Below, in pieces: positions 1 to 10,612 of a stretch of DNA of 64,000 nucleotides. The position numbers and the translations under genes were made by a program. The notes below the pieces were generated by a model. That model had not been told where the DNA came from. It searched no databases and saw nothing but the letters and a program-made list of their open reading frames with translations. The stretch lies in assembly GCA_030141605.1 (NCBI GenBank), contig JAQGDQ010000384.1, positions 87,167 to 151,166 of the forward strand, given 5' to 3'. This stretch comes from Tubiluchus corallicola. Lineage: Eukaryota; Animalia; Priapulida. Position 1 is the stretch's first letter. Each line of letters begins with the position of its first letter.

Positions 1-847
1 CAGAGTTAGCCGTCCCGTCTTGATCTGTTGTTCCTTGATATATATCAGAAAACTGAACCTCAAAAATAGATTCTTCGTTGTTTTCGCGTGTGTTTAAAAA
101 ATTGTCTTCATAGTTTTCCACCAGAGAATATTTATTATATATCAGCCTAAATTCTTCAATGGCTTCATTATATCTATGATTTTGCATATAAGCTTTCCCT
201 AATAAGGCAATAGCAGCACCTTGTGTAACTCTTCCAATGTCTTTTCCTGAATATCTTTCTGGCAAATTGTTTTTCGCAAATTTTAAGTCTTTTATAATTT
301 GTTCCCATACTTGTTTTTCAGTAGAATAACTGGGTAAATTTTGGAGGTCTTGGTTGGGAATTAGTACAATAGGAACATTCCCGTATAAGATAGCAAGATT
401 AAAATAATACAATGCTCTTAGAAAACTTGCTTCGCTAAGTATTCTGTCCTTGATCTCTTCATCCATACTAATATTTGGAACATATCTCAAAACTTGATTT
501 GCACGGTAAATTCCTCTATAATGATCTTGCCATATTTCTTTATTTACCTCAAAGTTATAGTCTGTAAAGGTAAATTTTGACACATTAGATAAGTCTGCCC
601 AAGGACTATTGCTCGTTCCCTCATCGGAACGTATATCATATACAAAGTATAACCACCTTTTATAAGTTCCCTTTCTTTGCAATGCAGCGTAAACAGCATT
701 TACTCCCTTTATGGCATCTTCGCTTGTTTGCCAAAATTCTTCTGTTGTTATATAATTAGGATTTTTAAGGTTTAGTAAATCTTTATCACACGAAAATTGT
801 GTAATGCTAAAAGCTATAATTATTAAAAGATATATCGTATTTTTCAT
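1..847 (-). CDS. RagB/SusD family outer-membrane lipoprotein (runs off the window edge)
   Basis: Manual translation from ATG at 847: MKNTIYLLIIIAFSITQFSC-DKDLL... (lipobox), with SusD motifs WQDHYRGIYRANQVL, EASFLRALYYFNL..YGNVP and ESIFEVQF; directly downstream of SusC. Confidence 0.92.
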   Translation of the reverse strand, partial: MKNTIYLLIIIAFSITQFSCDKDLLNLKNPNYITTEEFWQTSEDAIKGVNAVYAALQRKGTYKRWLYFVYDIRSDEGTSNSPWADLSNVSKFTFTDYNFEVNKEIWQDHYRGIYRANQVLRYVPNISMDEEIKDRILSEASFLRALYYFNLAILYGNVPIVLIPNQDLQNLPSYSTEKQVWEQIIKDLKFAKNNLPERYSGKDIGRVTQGAAIALLGKAYMQNHRYNEAIEEFRLIYNKYSLVENYEDNFLNTRENNEESIFEVQFSDIYQGTTDQDGTANS

Positions 848-874
848 TGTAATGAAACTTTATGTTATAATAAA

Positions 875-3800
875 TTAAAATTGAACCTGTATTCCCGTAG
901 CAAAGGTTCTAACATTAGGAAAGGATCCATCATCTACTCCTCTAAGGGTAATTCTTGGTCCTCTTACTTCAGGATCCAAACCTGTATATTCTGTTATGGT
1001 CAATAAATTTTGAGCATTTATGTATACTCTAAGTTTTGCTATGCGTATTTTCTTAACAATATCGTATGGGATGTTATATCCAATTTCTATGTTTTTAAGC
1101 TTGAGATAATTTCCATTTTCCAGCCATCTATCTGTATATAGTATAGAATTGTTTGCCCCTTCAGCTCCGTAAATAGCTTTGGGAGTAGTTGTAGAAGGGT
1201 TGTCTTCTGTCCAAGGTGAATATCCTTTTGGGTAGTTTGAAGCGTCATCAGTTCTTTCTAACCAATAAGCAGGAACATTAAAAATTTGATGTCCTCCTGC
1301 ACCATACCAAAACATTATGAAATCAAAGTTTTCATAAGAAAGAACAAAATTCAATCCATATTCATACTTTGGGAAAGGATTGCCCATAGCAACTCTATCA
1401 TCATCATTTATTTTACCGTCGTTGTTGCTATCTATATATTTTACATCTCCCGGGTTAGCGTCAGGTTGTACTTTGTGTTCTAAAATTTCTTCTTCTGTTT
1501 GAAAAATACCATCCGTCCGCATTAAATAAAAACTTCCTATAGGATAGCCCTCTTTTGTAATTGTCAGCCAGTCCACAAATCCATTAGGGTTATTTTTCAG
1601 ATGAAGTACTTTGTTATTTGTTAAGGTAAAGGTTCCAGTAATATTGTATTTGAATTTTTGTTTTGTTTCTTTGTATGCTAGGGAAGTTTCAAAACCAGAG
1701 TTTTTAAATTCTCCAATATTTGAATTAATAAAACTTCCCCCACTGGGGTCGAAATGACCTGTTGTCAGAGGTATTTGTGTGGGTACCAATGCATTTTTCG
1801 TTATTGCTATATAATATTCGGGCGTTATTTGAAGTTTATTGCCAAACATTCCGATATCTAAACCAATATTTGTAGTAGTTGTAGTTTGCCACGTTAAATC
1901 TTCACTTGCATATAATATTTGGGTTGAACCATTAGTAACATCTTGGTTTTCTCCAAAAACATAATTTACATTTGTATTAATAAATCCTGCATAGTCATAT
2001 TCTCCTACTTCTTGACCTCCTAATTGCCCATAACCTACTCTTAGTTTTGCTGTATTTAGGATATTGTTTTGAGGGAAAAAATTTTCTCTATGAATTTTCC
2101 ATCCTGCTGATATAGAAGGGAAAGTTCCCCATTGCTTATTGGGAATAAATTTAGACGAGCCATCCCTTCTTATTGTAGCAGTTAGTAAGTATTTGTCGTC
2201 AAAAATATAATTAAGTCTTGCTAAGTAAGAGCGAAGATTATTTTCTCTTATTTCTCCCCGTACTTCGTGGTCGCTTTGGGCTGCATCTAGAACTGCATAG
2301 TATTCTTCTGAGGACAGGTTTTGAGCTATATTTTGTCCTCTTGCATAAGTATTGTTAAAATTGTTTCTTTCCTCAGTATAACCAATTAATGCAGTAATAT
2401 CATTCTTATTAATTCTCTTTCTGAAATTTAAGGTGTTCTCAACAATTGTTTTGAAGTATCTTCTTCTATTTTCACTTAATGAGGAAGGCATAAGAGGGTC
2501 TTTATATCTAACGTTCCCTTTTTTGTGCAACATTTTTTCATTTTCATTTGTAAATTCGATTCCTGTATTTAGTCTATAATATAGATAGCTAGTAAAGTGT
2601 AGCTCTCCATATCCTGAGGCCAAAACTTTATCAGAGAATAATTTGTTGTCATTTAATTCTTGTTGTCCTATAGGATTAACAGCATAGGTAGGATTGTCAT
2701 CATTACCATATCCATATCCTCCCAGATTATTTTCGTCATAAACGGGTATAGTTGGTAGCATTCTCACTACGTCTATAAAAGGTACTCCAGAAAATAGTTG
2801 TGTTTGAGAAGTGGCAAGCCTTATGTTTTCTCCAAATCGTAGTTTGCCATATTCGTAATTAGAATGTAGGCCAATTGCATATCTATTAAACGAAGGGCCT
2901 ACAACTGTTCCTTCATTTTCAAAATACCCTATTGATAGCATATAATTATTATTCTCTCCTCCTCCCGAAAGATTTAAATTATAGTCCTTGGTATGGCCTT
3001 GCTTAAAAAAAGCATCCTGCCAATCGGTGTCAATATTCTCATTAAAGTTAATGTCAGAGCCGGGGTCTCTTGGCAAACCTGCATTGTCGTGAGCCATATT
3101 ATTGAGTGCAGCATATTCTCTAGCATTCATTACTTTTAATGTCCTAGGAATATTTTGAACACCGTATCTTGCAGAGAAATTTACTTGGGGATTTTCTTTT
3201 TTTCCTTTCTTAGTAGTTATTATAACTACTCCATTTGCTGCCCTAGAACCATAGATAGATGCTGCTGATGCATCTTTTAATATTTGAATAGACTCAACAT
3301 CTTGTGGATTGAAGTTCCTGCTGTCAGTAGTGGGAAATCCATCTATAACGTATAAAGGATTTGAATTATTGATGCTACTAACCCCTCTAATATTTACAAG
3401 AGCTTCTTCGCCTGGTTTTCCTGTATTTATTACATTAACACCTGCTGCCATACCTTGCAATGCACTACCAATTGTCAAAGGGGGGTTACTCGAAACTATA
3501 TCATCTACATTAACAACTACAACTGAGCCCGTTAAGTCGCTTTTTTTCTGTGTTCCATATCCAATGGCAACAACTTCATTTAAGCCAATATTTTCGAAGG
3601 ATAAGCTTACATTTACAACATCTTTACTGCCTACAATTATTTCTTGTGTTTGCATACCAACAAATGAGAATACCAATATTCTTTCCTCTAAAACTGATAT
3701 AGAATAATTACCATAGCTATCTGTTATTGTGCCTTTTTCTGTTCCTTGTATAGAAATGGTTACACCAGGTAAAGGATAGTTTGCATCATCTGTTACTATA

Positions 3801-4201
3801 CCTGAAATGATTTTTTCTTTATCAGTAGAGCGATTGTTATAAAGAGATTTGGGAACAATAACAATTTGTGTATTTGTTATTGTGTATGTAGTATTGGTAT
3901 TTTTTAGTGTTTCATCTAATACTTGTTGAACAGAACTATTATTAAAAACAACATTTACTCTTTGATTTACATCTAATTGGTCATCTTTAAAAAAAACAGA
4001 AAAATCAGTCTGCCTCTCTATCTCCTTAAAAACACTTTCAATGGTTGAGTTGGGTAAATTGATATTAAGATTTGTGCCTTGGGAGTAGGACTTTGCATAT
4101 GAGAAAACAAGTAATAAGAAAAAGCCCTTAACAATGAGTTTCGATTTAGAAAAGTTAAAAAGTTTTATAACTTTGCAAATGGGCAGATTAAAAATTTTCA
4201 T
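875..4201 (-). CDS. SusC/RagA TonB-dependent transporter with N-terminal STN signalling domain
   Basis: STN-like N-terminus (IESVFKEIERQTDFSVF), carboxypeptidase-like domain, plug motif LKDASAASIYGSRAANGVVIITTK, C-terminal Phe. Confidence 0.95.
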   Translation of the reverse strand: MKIFNLPICKVIKLFNFSKSKLIVKGFFLLLVFSYAKSYSQGTNLNINLPNSTIESVFKEIERQTDFSVFFKDDQLDVNQRVNVVFNNSSVQQVLDETLKNTNTTYTITNTQIVIVPKSLYNNRSTDKEKIISGIVTDDANYPLPGVTISIQGTEKGTITDSYGNYSISVLEERILVFSFVGMQTQEIIVGSKDVVNVSLSFENIGLNEVVAIGYGTQKKSDLTGSVVVVNVDDIVSSNPPLTIGSALQGMAAGVNVINTGKPGEEALVNIRGVSSINNSNPLYVIDGFPTTDSRNFNPQDVESIQILKDASAASIYGSRAANGVVIITTKKGKKENPQVNFSARYGVQNIPRTLKVMNAREYAALNNMAHDNAGLPRDPGSDINFNENIDTDWQDAFFKQGHTKDYNLNLSGGGENNNYMLSIGYFENEGTVVGPSFNRYAIGLHSNYEYGKLRFGENIRLATSQTQLFSGVPFIDVVRMLPTIPVYDENNLGGYGYGNDDNPTYAVNPIGQQELNDNKLFSDKVLASGYGELHFTSYLYYRLNTGIEFTNENEKMLHKKGNVRYKDPLMPSSLSENRRRYFKTIVENTLNFRKRINKNDITALIGYTEERNNFNNTYARGQNIAQNLSSEEYYAVLDAAQSDHEVRGEIRENNLRSYLARLNYIFDDKYLLTATIRRDGSSKFIPNKQWGTFPSISAGWKIHRENFFPQNNILNTAKLRVGYGQLGGQEVGEYDYAGFINTNVNYVFGENQDVTNGSTQILYASEDLTWQTTTTTNIGLDIGMFGNKLQITPEYYIAITKNALVPTQIPLTTGHFDPSGGSFINSNIGEFKNSGFETSLAYKETKQKFKYNITGTFTLTNNKVLHLKNNPNGFVDWLTITKEGYPIGSFYLMRTDGIFQTEEEILEHKVQPDANPGDVKYIDSNNDGKINDDDRVAMGNPFPKYEYGLNFVLSYENFDFIMFWYGAGGHQIFNVPAYWLERTDDASNYPKGYSPWTEDNPSTTTPKAIYGAEGANNSILYTDRWLENGNYLKLKNIEIGYNIPYDIVKKIRIAKLRVYINAQNLLTITEYTGLDPEVRGPRITLRGVDDGSFPNVRTFATGIQVQF

Positions 4202-4251
4202 AACCTTTACGAGTGTTTTGATTATTGCTAATTGTCTACTAACTTTTTGTT

Positions 4252-4281
4252 AAAGAGGGATGTTGCATCTCTCTTTTTTTT
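4252..4281 (-). terminator. Hairpin between fecR and susC (terminator/attenuator-like)
   Basis: aaagagggatg-ttg-catctctcttt inverted repeat with an adjacent T/A tract. Confidence 0.4.
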
Positions 4282-4306
4282 ACAATCTAAAAATTTGTAA
4301 AACTTG

Positions 4307-5326
4307 TTAATCTAATTCGACATAAATTTTATTTTCTTGAAAACGATACTTTAATGGAGTAGTTAATTTTATTGTTTCAAAAATTTCCTTAATACTTTGA
4401 TTAGTATTAAATTCTCCTGTATAAGTATAGTTATCTATCTCCTCATCTTGTATTTCAATTTCTACATCATATTCTTTCTCCAATCGTTTTTTCAACTGAT
4501 AAAATGAAGTTTGTTTAAGCATTATCTTGCCATTTCTCCAAGCTCCTGCAATATTAACATCTACTTGTCTTTTTTTAAAAATATCTGATTCGTGATAATA
4601 AACGACTTCTTCTGCAGGTTTCAAAATTACTGCCTCTGTATCTTTATGCTCGATTTTATTACTACGTATCTTTACTTCTCCTTCTATTAATGTAGTAGTT
4701 GTTTTATTAAAATCTTTATAAGCAGTTATATTAAATTGTGTTCCAGTGGCAATAACATCATAATCTTCTGTATGGACTGAAAAAGGAGATTTTTTATCTG
4801 TTTTCACATCAAAATAAGCCTCTCCCGTAAGTGCAACATTGCGATTATCAACACCAAAATTAGAGGGGTATTTTAAAGTGCTTCCTGAATTTAGAACCAC
4901 ATAAGTTTCATCAGGAAGCCTCACTTCTGCCTTTTCTCTTTTAGCAGTAGAAATTTCTAAATATAGAACTTGTTTCTTATTTAAATTGTTAGAGTTGAAT
5001 AAAAGATATGAGATACCTATAGTAATAATTACTATTGACGCTATTTTAAGAACCTCCGCAAAAATATTATTGAGTTTAATTGTTGGCTTGCGATGAATTT
5101 TTTGTTTTAAATATTCCCACTCTTTATCTACATCAATTTTTATATTTTTATTTTTATAAATGCGAGGTGTAATATCCCATATTAATTTTATTTTATTAAA
5201 AATTTCACGATTTTTTACATCCTCTGTTAACCATTGTTCAAAAATAGAAATATCATCATCCTTAGCTTTCTTACTTAGAATTTTAACAATTAATCTCCAA
5301 TTTATATTTTCAAAACTATCCTTCAT
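4307..5326 (-). CDS. FecR family anti-sigma factor
   Basis: Single TM helix, LPDETYVVLNSGSTLKYP, LTGEAYFDV and GTQFNI motifs; lies between ECF sigma and SusC. Confidence 0.95.
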   Translation of the reverse strand: MKDSFENINWRLIVKILSKKAKDDDISIFEQWLTEDVKNREIFNKIKLIWDITPRIYKNKNIKIDVDKEWEYLKQKIHRKPTIKLNNIFAEVLKIASIVIITIGISYLLFNSNNLNKKQVLYLEISTAKREKAEVRLPDETYVVLNSGSTLKYPSNFGVDNRNVALTGEAYFDVKTDKKSPFSVHTEDYDVIATGTQFNITAYKDFNKTTTTLIEGEVKIRSNKIEHKDTEAVILKPAEEVVYYHESDIFKKRQVDVNIAGAWRNGKIMLKQTSFYQLKKRLEKEYDVEIEIQDEEIDNYTYTGEFNTNQSIKEIFETIKLTTPLKYRFQENKIYVELD

Positions 5327-5397
5327 ATCTTTTATTTGACCCTATATCTATTAAGTCAAAAAAAAGAGAACTTACCCTTACAAAAAGATAATTTTTT

Positions 5398-5928
5398 TTA
5401 AAGAAAATTAGTCAATTTTTCTCTTAATTTTTTTAAAGCCCTACTAATCTGTGTCTCTACAGTTTTTTCAGATATGTTTAGTTTCTTTGCTATTTCTGAA
5501 TATTTTAGCTGTTCAAATCGGCTCATAATAAAAATTTTTCGGCAAGCTTTAGGAAGCAGATTTATTTCTTCTTCTATTTTTTGATATAGTTCATTAAACT
5601 CAAGAGCATCATTTTGCTCTATAAGGTTCAACTCTTCAATATTTATAGATTTTTTTTTAAATGGACTATTAGAAGATTTAAGATGATTGATGCATTTAAA
5701 CTTTGCCGCTTGAAAAAGATATGATTTTAATGAATAGTTTATGTTTATTTTTGCACGATTCTCCCATAAGTATAGAAAAATATCTTGTACTATATTCTTT
5801 GCCGTTTCAATATCGTTAATAAAATTAAAACAGAAAAAAACCAATAGTTTAAAATATTTTTTAAAAACAACTTGATAAGCATCTATATCTCCTTTTTTTA
5901 TAAGCTCCATTAAATCTTTATGAGACAT
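5398..5928 (-). CDS. ECF RNA polymerase sigma-70 factor (Bacteroides type)
   Basis: AKNIVQDIFLYLWENR, SLKSYLF, region 4 LKYSEIAKKLNISEKTVETQISRALKKLR. Confidence 0.95.
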   Translation of the reverse strand: MSHKDLMELIKKGDIDAYQVVFKKYFKLLVFFCFNFINDIETAKNIVQDIFLYLWENRAKININYSLKSYLFQAAKFKCINHLKSSNSPFKKKSINIEELNLIEQNDALEFNELYQKIEEEINLLPKACRKIFIMSRFEQLKYSEIAKKLNISEKTVETQISRALKKLREKLTNFL

Positions 5929-6183
5929 TGTTACTCTAATGTTTTCAGATTCAAGATAATTATATGCAAATTTAGTTAATGTATTATGAGATAATAAAAA
6001 AGTTCTTCTTTATGTACCTCACAAACTAAATTCTAAGTGATATGTATTTATAAGTTTTCTTATTGCCTAAGCACACTAGGACATATGCAAAAGGCAAGGG
6101 AGTACAGAAAGTACCCTGTTATTTGACACTGTTTACATTGCTCCCTTATGATGAATTACTGTATATAAGAAGCTAACTAAAAT

Positions 6184-8391
6184 CTATCCACACTTAGACG
6201 ATCCACAACTTTTACAAATCAAACACCCCTCTTGATACACTACTTGCTTAGAGCGACAATTGTCACATCTTGCACCGTTCTTTGCCAAAGTTCCATTAGG
6301 AATATATCGTTTCAAAGCACGTTCTACACCATTTTTCCACGTATTGATAGACTCTGAATCCAATTGCAAACTTGACACCAAATTAACCACCTGTTCAATA
6401 GGCATCCCGTGTCGTAATACACCAGAAATTAGTTTTGCATAATTCCAGTACTCTTTATTAAATTTATGTGAGAGCCCTTCAATGGTTGTTTTATACCCCT
6501 GCTTGTTCATAAACTGAAAGTCGTACCTAGAATTACCTTCATCATCTTTATTTTTAAAAATATTTCCTGACTCTACATATCTTGGCAACAAAATACCCTC
6601 ATCATCAGACAAACCCGTGAAAATTTCATAAGGTTTCTCATTTAACAACCCTACAAAAGCAATCCATTTCTCTTTGTTATTTTGAAAGCGAACAATATCA
6701 CATTCTACAACGTGAGGACGTGAAGTCGTTCTTTGCCCTTCTTTCGACTTAGAAGATACTAGAACACCAGCCCTAGAACCATCTCTGTACACTGTAACCC
6801 CCTTACATCCACTCTCCCAAGCCTTTATATATAATTTCCCCACAAGTTCTTCTGTGGCATCTGCAGGTAAATTAATTGTTACACTTATAGAGTGATCTAC
6901 CCATTTCTGAACCCTACCCTGCATCTCTACTTTACTTATCCAATCAATATCATTAGACGAAGCCTTATAATAAGGAGATTTAGCCACTAAGTCTTTTATT
7001 TCCTCATCCGAATAGTCATTTTTAATCTCATAACCATTCACTTTCATCCATTTCAAGAATTTAGAATGAAACACAGAATATTCCTCCCAAGAATCACCTA
7101 CCTCATCTACAAAATTAACCTTTACATCCATATCATTGGGATTTACCTTTCTCCTGCGCTTATAAACAGGCTGAAATACTGGCTCTAAACCAGAAGTAGT
7201 CTGTGTCATTAAACTTGCAGTACCCGTAGGTGCAATTGTAAGCAAAGCAATATTACGCCTACCATACTGCACCATATCTTCATATATAGAGCTATCTTCC
7301 TTTTTAACTCTTTGAATAAAGGGATTATTTTCTTCTCTCGTAGCATCAAAAATCTTAAAAGCACCTCGTTCCTTTGCTAAATTCACCGAAGCACGATAAG
7401 CTTCTATTGCAAGAGTTTTATGTACTATTTCAGAAAAATCAGTAGCATTTTCACTACCATAACGCAATCCCAAAGCAGCCAGCATATCCCCTTCTGCTGT
7501 AATACCAATACCTGTACGACGTCCCTCTTCTGCCTTCCTTTTTATGTTTACCCACAAATTTCTCTCCACACTCTTAATATTAGCATTTTCAGGGTCTTTG
7601 TCAATTTTTTCTAGGATACCGTCAATCTTCTCCAATTCAAGATCAATAATATCATCCATTATACGCTGAGCTATTACAATATGTTCTTTAAATAAATCAA
7701 ATTTGAACTCAGCTTCAGGTGTAAAAGGATTTTTAACATAAGCATATAAATTGATTGCCAACAACCTACAGCTATCATAGGGACACAAAGGAATTTCTCC
7801 ACAAGGATTAGTAGAAATGGTTTTATATCCTAAATCAGCATAACAATCAGGAATAGACTCGCGAGTAATCGTATCCCAAAATAAAATACCTGGCTCTGCT
7901 GACTTCCAAGCATTATGCACAATCTTATTCCATACGTTATCTGCACTTACAGACCGTACTACATTAGTAGAATCAACGGGATACTTTTGTGCATATTTTT
8001 TATGGTTTATCACTGCCTGCATAAAATCATCCGAAATTTTTACCGACACATTTGCACCCGTAACCTTTCCCTGCTCCATTTTAGCATCAATAAACCCCTC
8101 AACATCTGGATGCTCCACTGACACGCTCAACATCAAAGCACCCCTTCTTCCATCCTGAGCCACCTCGCGCGTAGAGTTTGAATATCTTTCCATAAACGGA
8201 ACAATACCCGTAGAGGTCAAAGCTGAATTTTTCACAGGAGAACCTTTGGGGCGAATGTGAGATAAGTCGTGCCCCACGCCACCTCTTCGCTTCATTAATT
8301 GTACCTGTTCTTGGTCTATTTTCATTATTCCGCCATAAGAGTCAGAACGACCACTATTTCCTACCACGAAACAATTAGACAAGAAAAGCAA
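6184..8391 (-). pseudogene. nrdJ: Class II (adenosylcobalamin-dependent) ribonucleotide reductase, N-terminally truncated
   Basis: LSNCFV, TNPCGEIPL, RRTGIGITA, IAPTGT and QKWVDHSIS motifs plus a C-terminal Cys cluster. The ORF begins at the LSNC motif against an IS remnant, so the usual N-terminal part is missing. Confidence 0.8.
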
Positions 8392-8551
8392 AGTAAATGT
8401 GATTCATGAACCTGTCAAGGGTATATAAACGACTTCGCTCACTCAGTCGCCCTTGACAGAACCAAAAATCACACTGAAAAAGCTTTCAGAATTTGGTTAT
8501 GAAAAAGAAAATATTCTATTTTTAAGCAGCCCTAAAAAGGGGAAGCTTACA
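8381..8551 (+). mobile_element. Probable IS3-family right-end remnant with a long hairpin
   Basis: Ends in ctatttttaagcagccctaaaaaggggaagcttaca, similar to the IS3 end at 8829-8865; hairpin ctgtcaaggg (8412-8421) / cccttgacag (8450-8459). Confidence 0.55.
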
Positions 8552-8561
8552 TTTTCAAGTA

Positions 8562-8865
8562 AGGCTACATAAGCTTGATGCATGGTGCAAAAGCAATAAA
8601 ATAGAACTTGCCTTTATACAACCTGGCAAACCAACTCAAAATGCATACATCGAGCGATTTAATGGTAGCATCAGAAGAGAATTGCTTTAATGTTTATGTG
8701 TTTAAAACTATCACGGAGGTGCAAAATCAAGTTTTCAAATGGATGGAAGATTATAACTTTAACAGACCACATAAAGCATTAAATTATAAAACATCAATGC
8801 AAATAACGTAAGACATAAAGTAAAAACTCTATTTTTAAATGGCTCGAAAAAAGGAGAAGCTTACA
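8562..8865 (+). mobile_element. IS3-family transposase 3' fragment (frameshifted) plus right inverted repeat
   Basis: Translates [34 protein letters not shown], frameshift, WMEDYNFNRPHKALNY; ends ...gaagcttaca. Confidence 0.88.
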
Positions 8866-9036
8866 ACACCATTTTGGATAGGATCGTAAGCTCATCACAT
8901 AGAATAGATCTAAAAGGTGAATCGTTGAGAAAAGGAATTTTAAAAACTGAAAGCTAAAAATATTGTATTATTGTAGCATCTTTCAAAATGGCACTGTTTG
9001 ACCGAAAAGAGTGGCACGGTCACACCGAAATAACCA
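8866..9036 (+). mobile_element. istB: IS21-family remnant: istB 3' end and right end
   Basis: 8868-8957 reads TILDRIVSSSHRIDLKGESLRK (IstB C-terminal motif), followed by repeated tggcac..ccgaaa boxes ending ccgaaataacca. Confidence 0.8.
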
Positions 9037-9390
9037 CCATTCGCCATTTCACCGGAAATGCAAAACAAGGGCATTGGTACTCAGATTTTAAAGCATTCTA
9101 TTTCAGTGGCAAAAGAACTAGCTTTTAAAGGAATATTTCTATTTGGTAATCCCAATTACTACCATCGCTTTGGATTTGATGATGCTCGCAAATACGGCAT
9201 TACCACAAAAGATGGTCAAAACTTTCCGCAGTTTATGGCTTTAGAACCTCAAAAAAATGGATTAGGTGATATTACAGGTAGATTTTTTGATGACAAAGCC
9301 TTCCAAGTGGAAGAAGAAGAGTTTGTCGAATTTGAAAAAATGTTTCCTGAAAAAGAAAAGGGAAAACCAAAGCTTCCCATTAACATTTAA
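9037..9390 (+). pseudogene. GNAT family N-acetyltransferase, 5'-truncated by the IS21 end
   Basis: PFAISPEMQNKGIG (motif A) and LFGNPNYYHRFGF; the frame starts exactly at the IS end. Confidence 0.8.
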
Positions 9391-9396
9391 AACAAA

Positions 9397-10464
9397 ATGA
9401 ACATATACGATTTAGGATATACTAAGGACTTTGAAGACTATAGAATTAAGAATTCTCTAGGTGATTTTGAAGTTGGACGCGTCATAACGGAGCACAAAGA
9501 ACGATACGTGGTTCGTACAAAAAGTGGCGAATTTGAAGCCGAGATAATTGGAAACATGCGATTCACAGCAAAAAGCAGAGAAGATTTCCCTGCAGTTGGC
9601 GACTGGGTGGCACTCACCATTTTCGATGCTGAAAGTGCAATCATTCACAAGATACTACCAAGATTTTCAACGATTAAAAGACAGGCCGTTGGGCACCATG
9701 GCGAGGTTCAGATTATTGCCACAAATATTGACTATGCATTTTTAATGCAAGCCATCGATAGGGATTTTAGTATTAACAGGTTTGAAAGATTTCTGACTAT
9801 TTGTTATGCAGGGAAAGTGGAACCTATTATCATTTTAACAAAAATTGATTTAATAGATAAACAGCGGATTGCAGAGTTAATAGAAAACATAAAACAGCGT
9901 ATTAAAGACACTCCTGTTTTTGCCATAAGCAACGAAACCCGCATTGGGTACGAGGGCCTGGCCAAAACTATAGCAAAAGGTAAAACTTATTGTATGTTGG
10001 GATCGTCAGGAGTTGGCAAATCTACTTTGCTGAATAATTTGTCAGGAAAAAATGTGATGAAAACCGGAGAGATTAGCGAAAGCTCAAACAAAGGACGGCA
10101 CGTATCAAGTCACAGGGAGCTGATTGTTCTAGAAAATGGAGGAGTTTTAATCGACAACCCGGGAATGAGAGAAGTGGGAATTACAGATTCCTCCTATGGG
10201 CTTGAAACAACATTCGATGTTATTTACAGTCTGGCAGAAGAATGTAAGTTTAAAGACTGTACTCATATCAATGAGATTGGCTGTGCTGTCCTTGAAGCTG
10301 TTGAGAATGGAGTCATCGAAAAATCTTCTTACGAAAACTACTTGAAGTTGGAAAGAGAAAAAGAACACTTCGAATCTACGGTTGCAGAGAAACGCAAAAA
10401 AGACAAAGACTTTGGTAAAATGGTTAAGAACTATAAAAAAGATAATAAAATGAAAAAGTACTAA
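9397..10464 (+). CDS. rsgA: Ribosome small subunit-dependent GTPase A
   Basis: Circularly permuted GTPase motifs TKID, GSSGVGKSTL, DNPGMRE; Zn finger CKFKDCTH..GC; OB-fold PAVGDWV. Confidence 0.95.
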   Translation: MNIYDLGYTKDFEDYRIKNSLGDFEVGRVITEHKERYVVRTKSGEFEAEIIGNMRFTAKSREDFPAVGDWVALTIFDAESAIIHKILPRFSTIKRQAVGHHGEVQIIATNIDYAFLMQAIDRDFSINRFERFLTICYAGKVEPIIILTKIDLIDKQRIAELIENIKQRIKDTPVFAISNETRIGYEGLAKTIAKGKTYCMLGSSGVGKSTLLNNLSGKNVMKTGEISESSNKGRHVSSHRELIVLENGGVLIDNPGMREVGITDSSYGLETTFDVIYSLAEECKFKDCTHINEIGCAVLEAVENGVIEKSSYENYLKLEREKEHFESTVAEKRKKDKDFGKMVKNYKKDNKMKKY

Positions 10465-10598
10465 GCACAACAATGTGTCATAAGCAATGCGGGGTAAAGC
10501 ATTAACTTTTGAAGTTAAATAATGATATTTGAACATCATTACGACTTGAAAGTTTTCTGCACTTAAAACCCGCACTACTCATACACTCAACGTTATAT
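10465..10598 (+). repeat. attC-like imperfect palindrome (134 bp)
   Basis: Begins GCACAAC immediately after the rsgA stop and ends GTTATAT; arms tgtgtcataagcaatgcgggg / cccgcactactcatacact pair imperfectly. Confidence 0.55.
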
Positions 10599-10612
10599 TT
10601 TATATCAAATAT

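Noticed and set aside
8399-8472. Group II intron or cobalamin riboswitch upstream of nrdJ
   Set aside because: No domain V/VI consensus or B12 box seen; the hairpin is contiguous with an IS3-like end.
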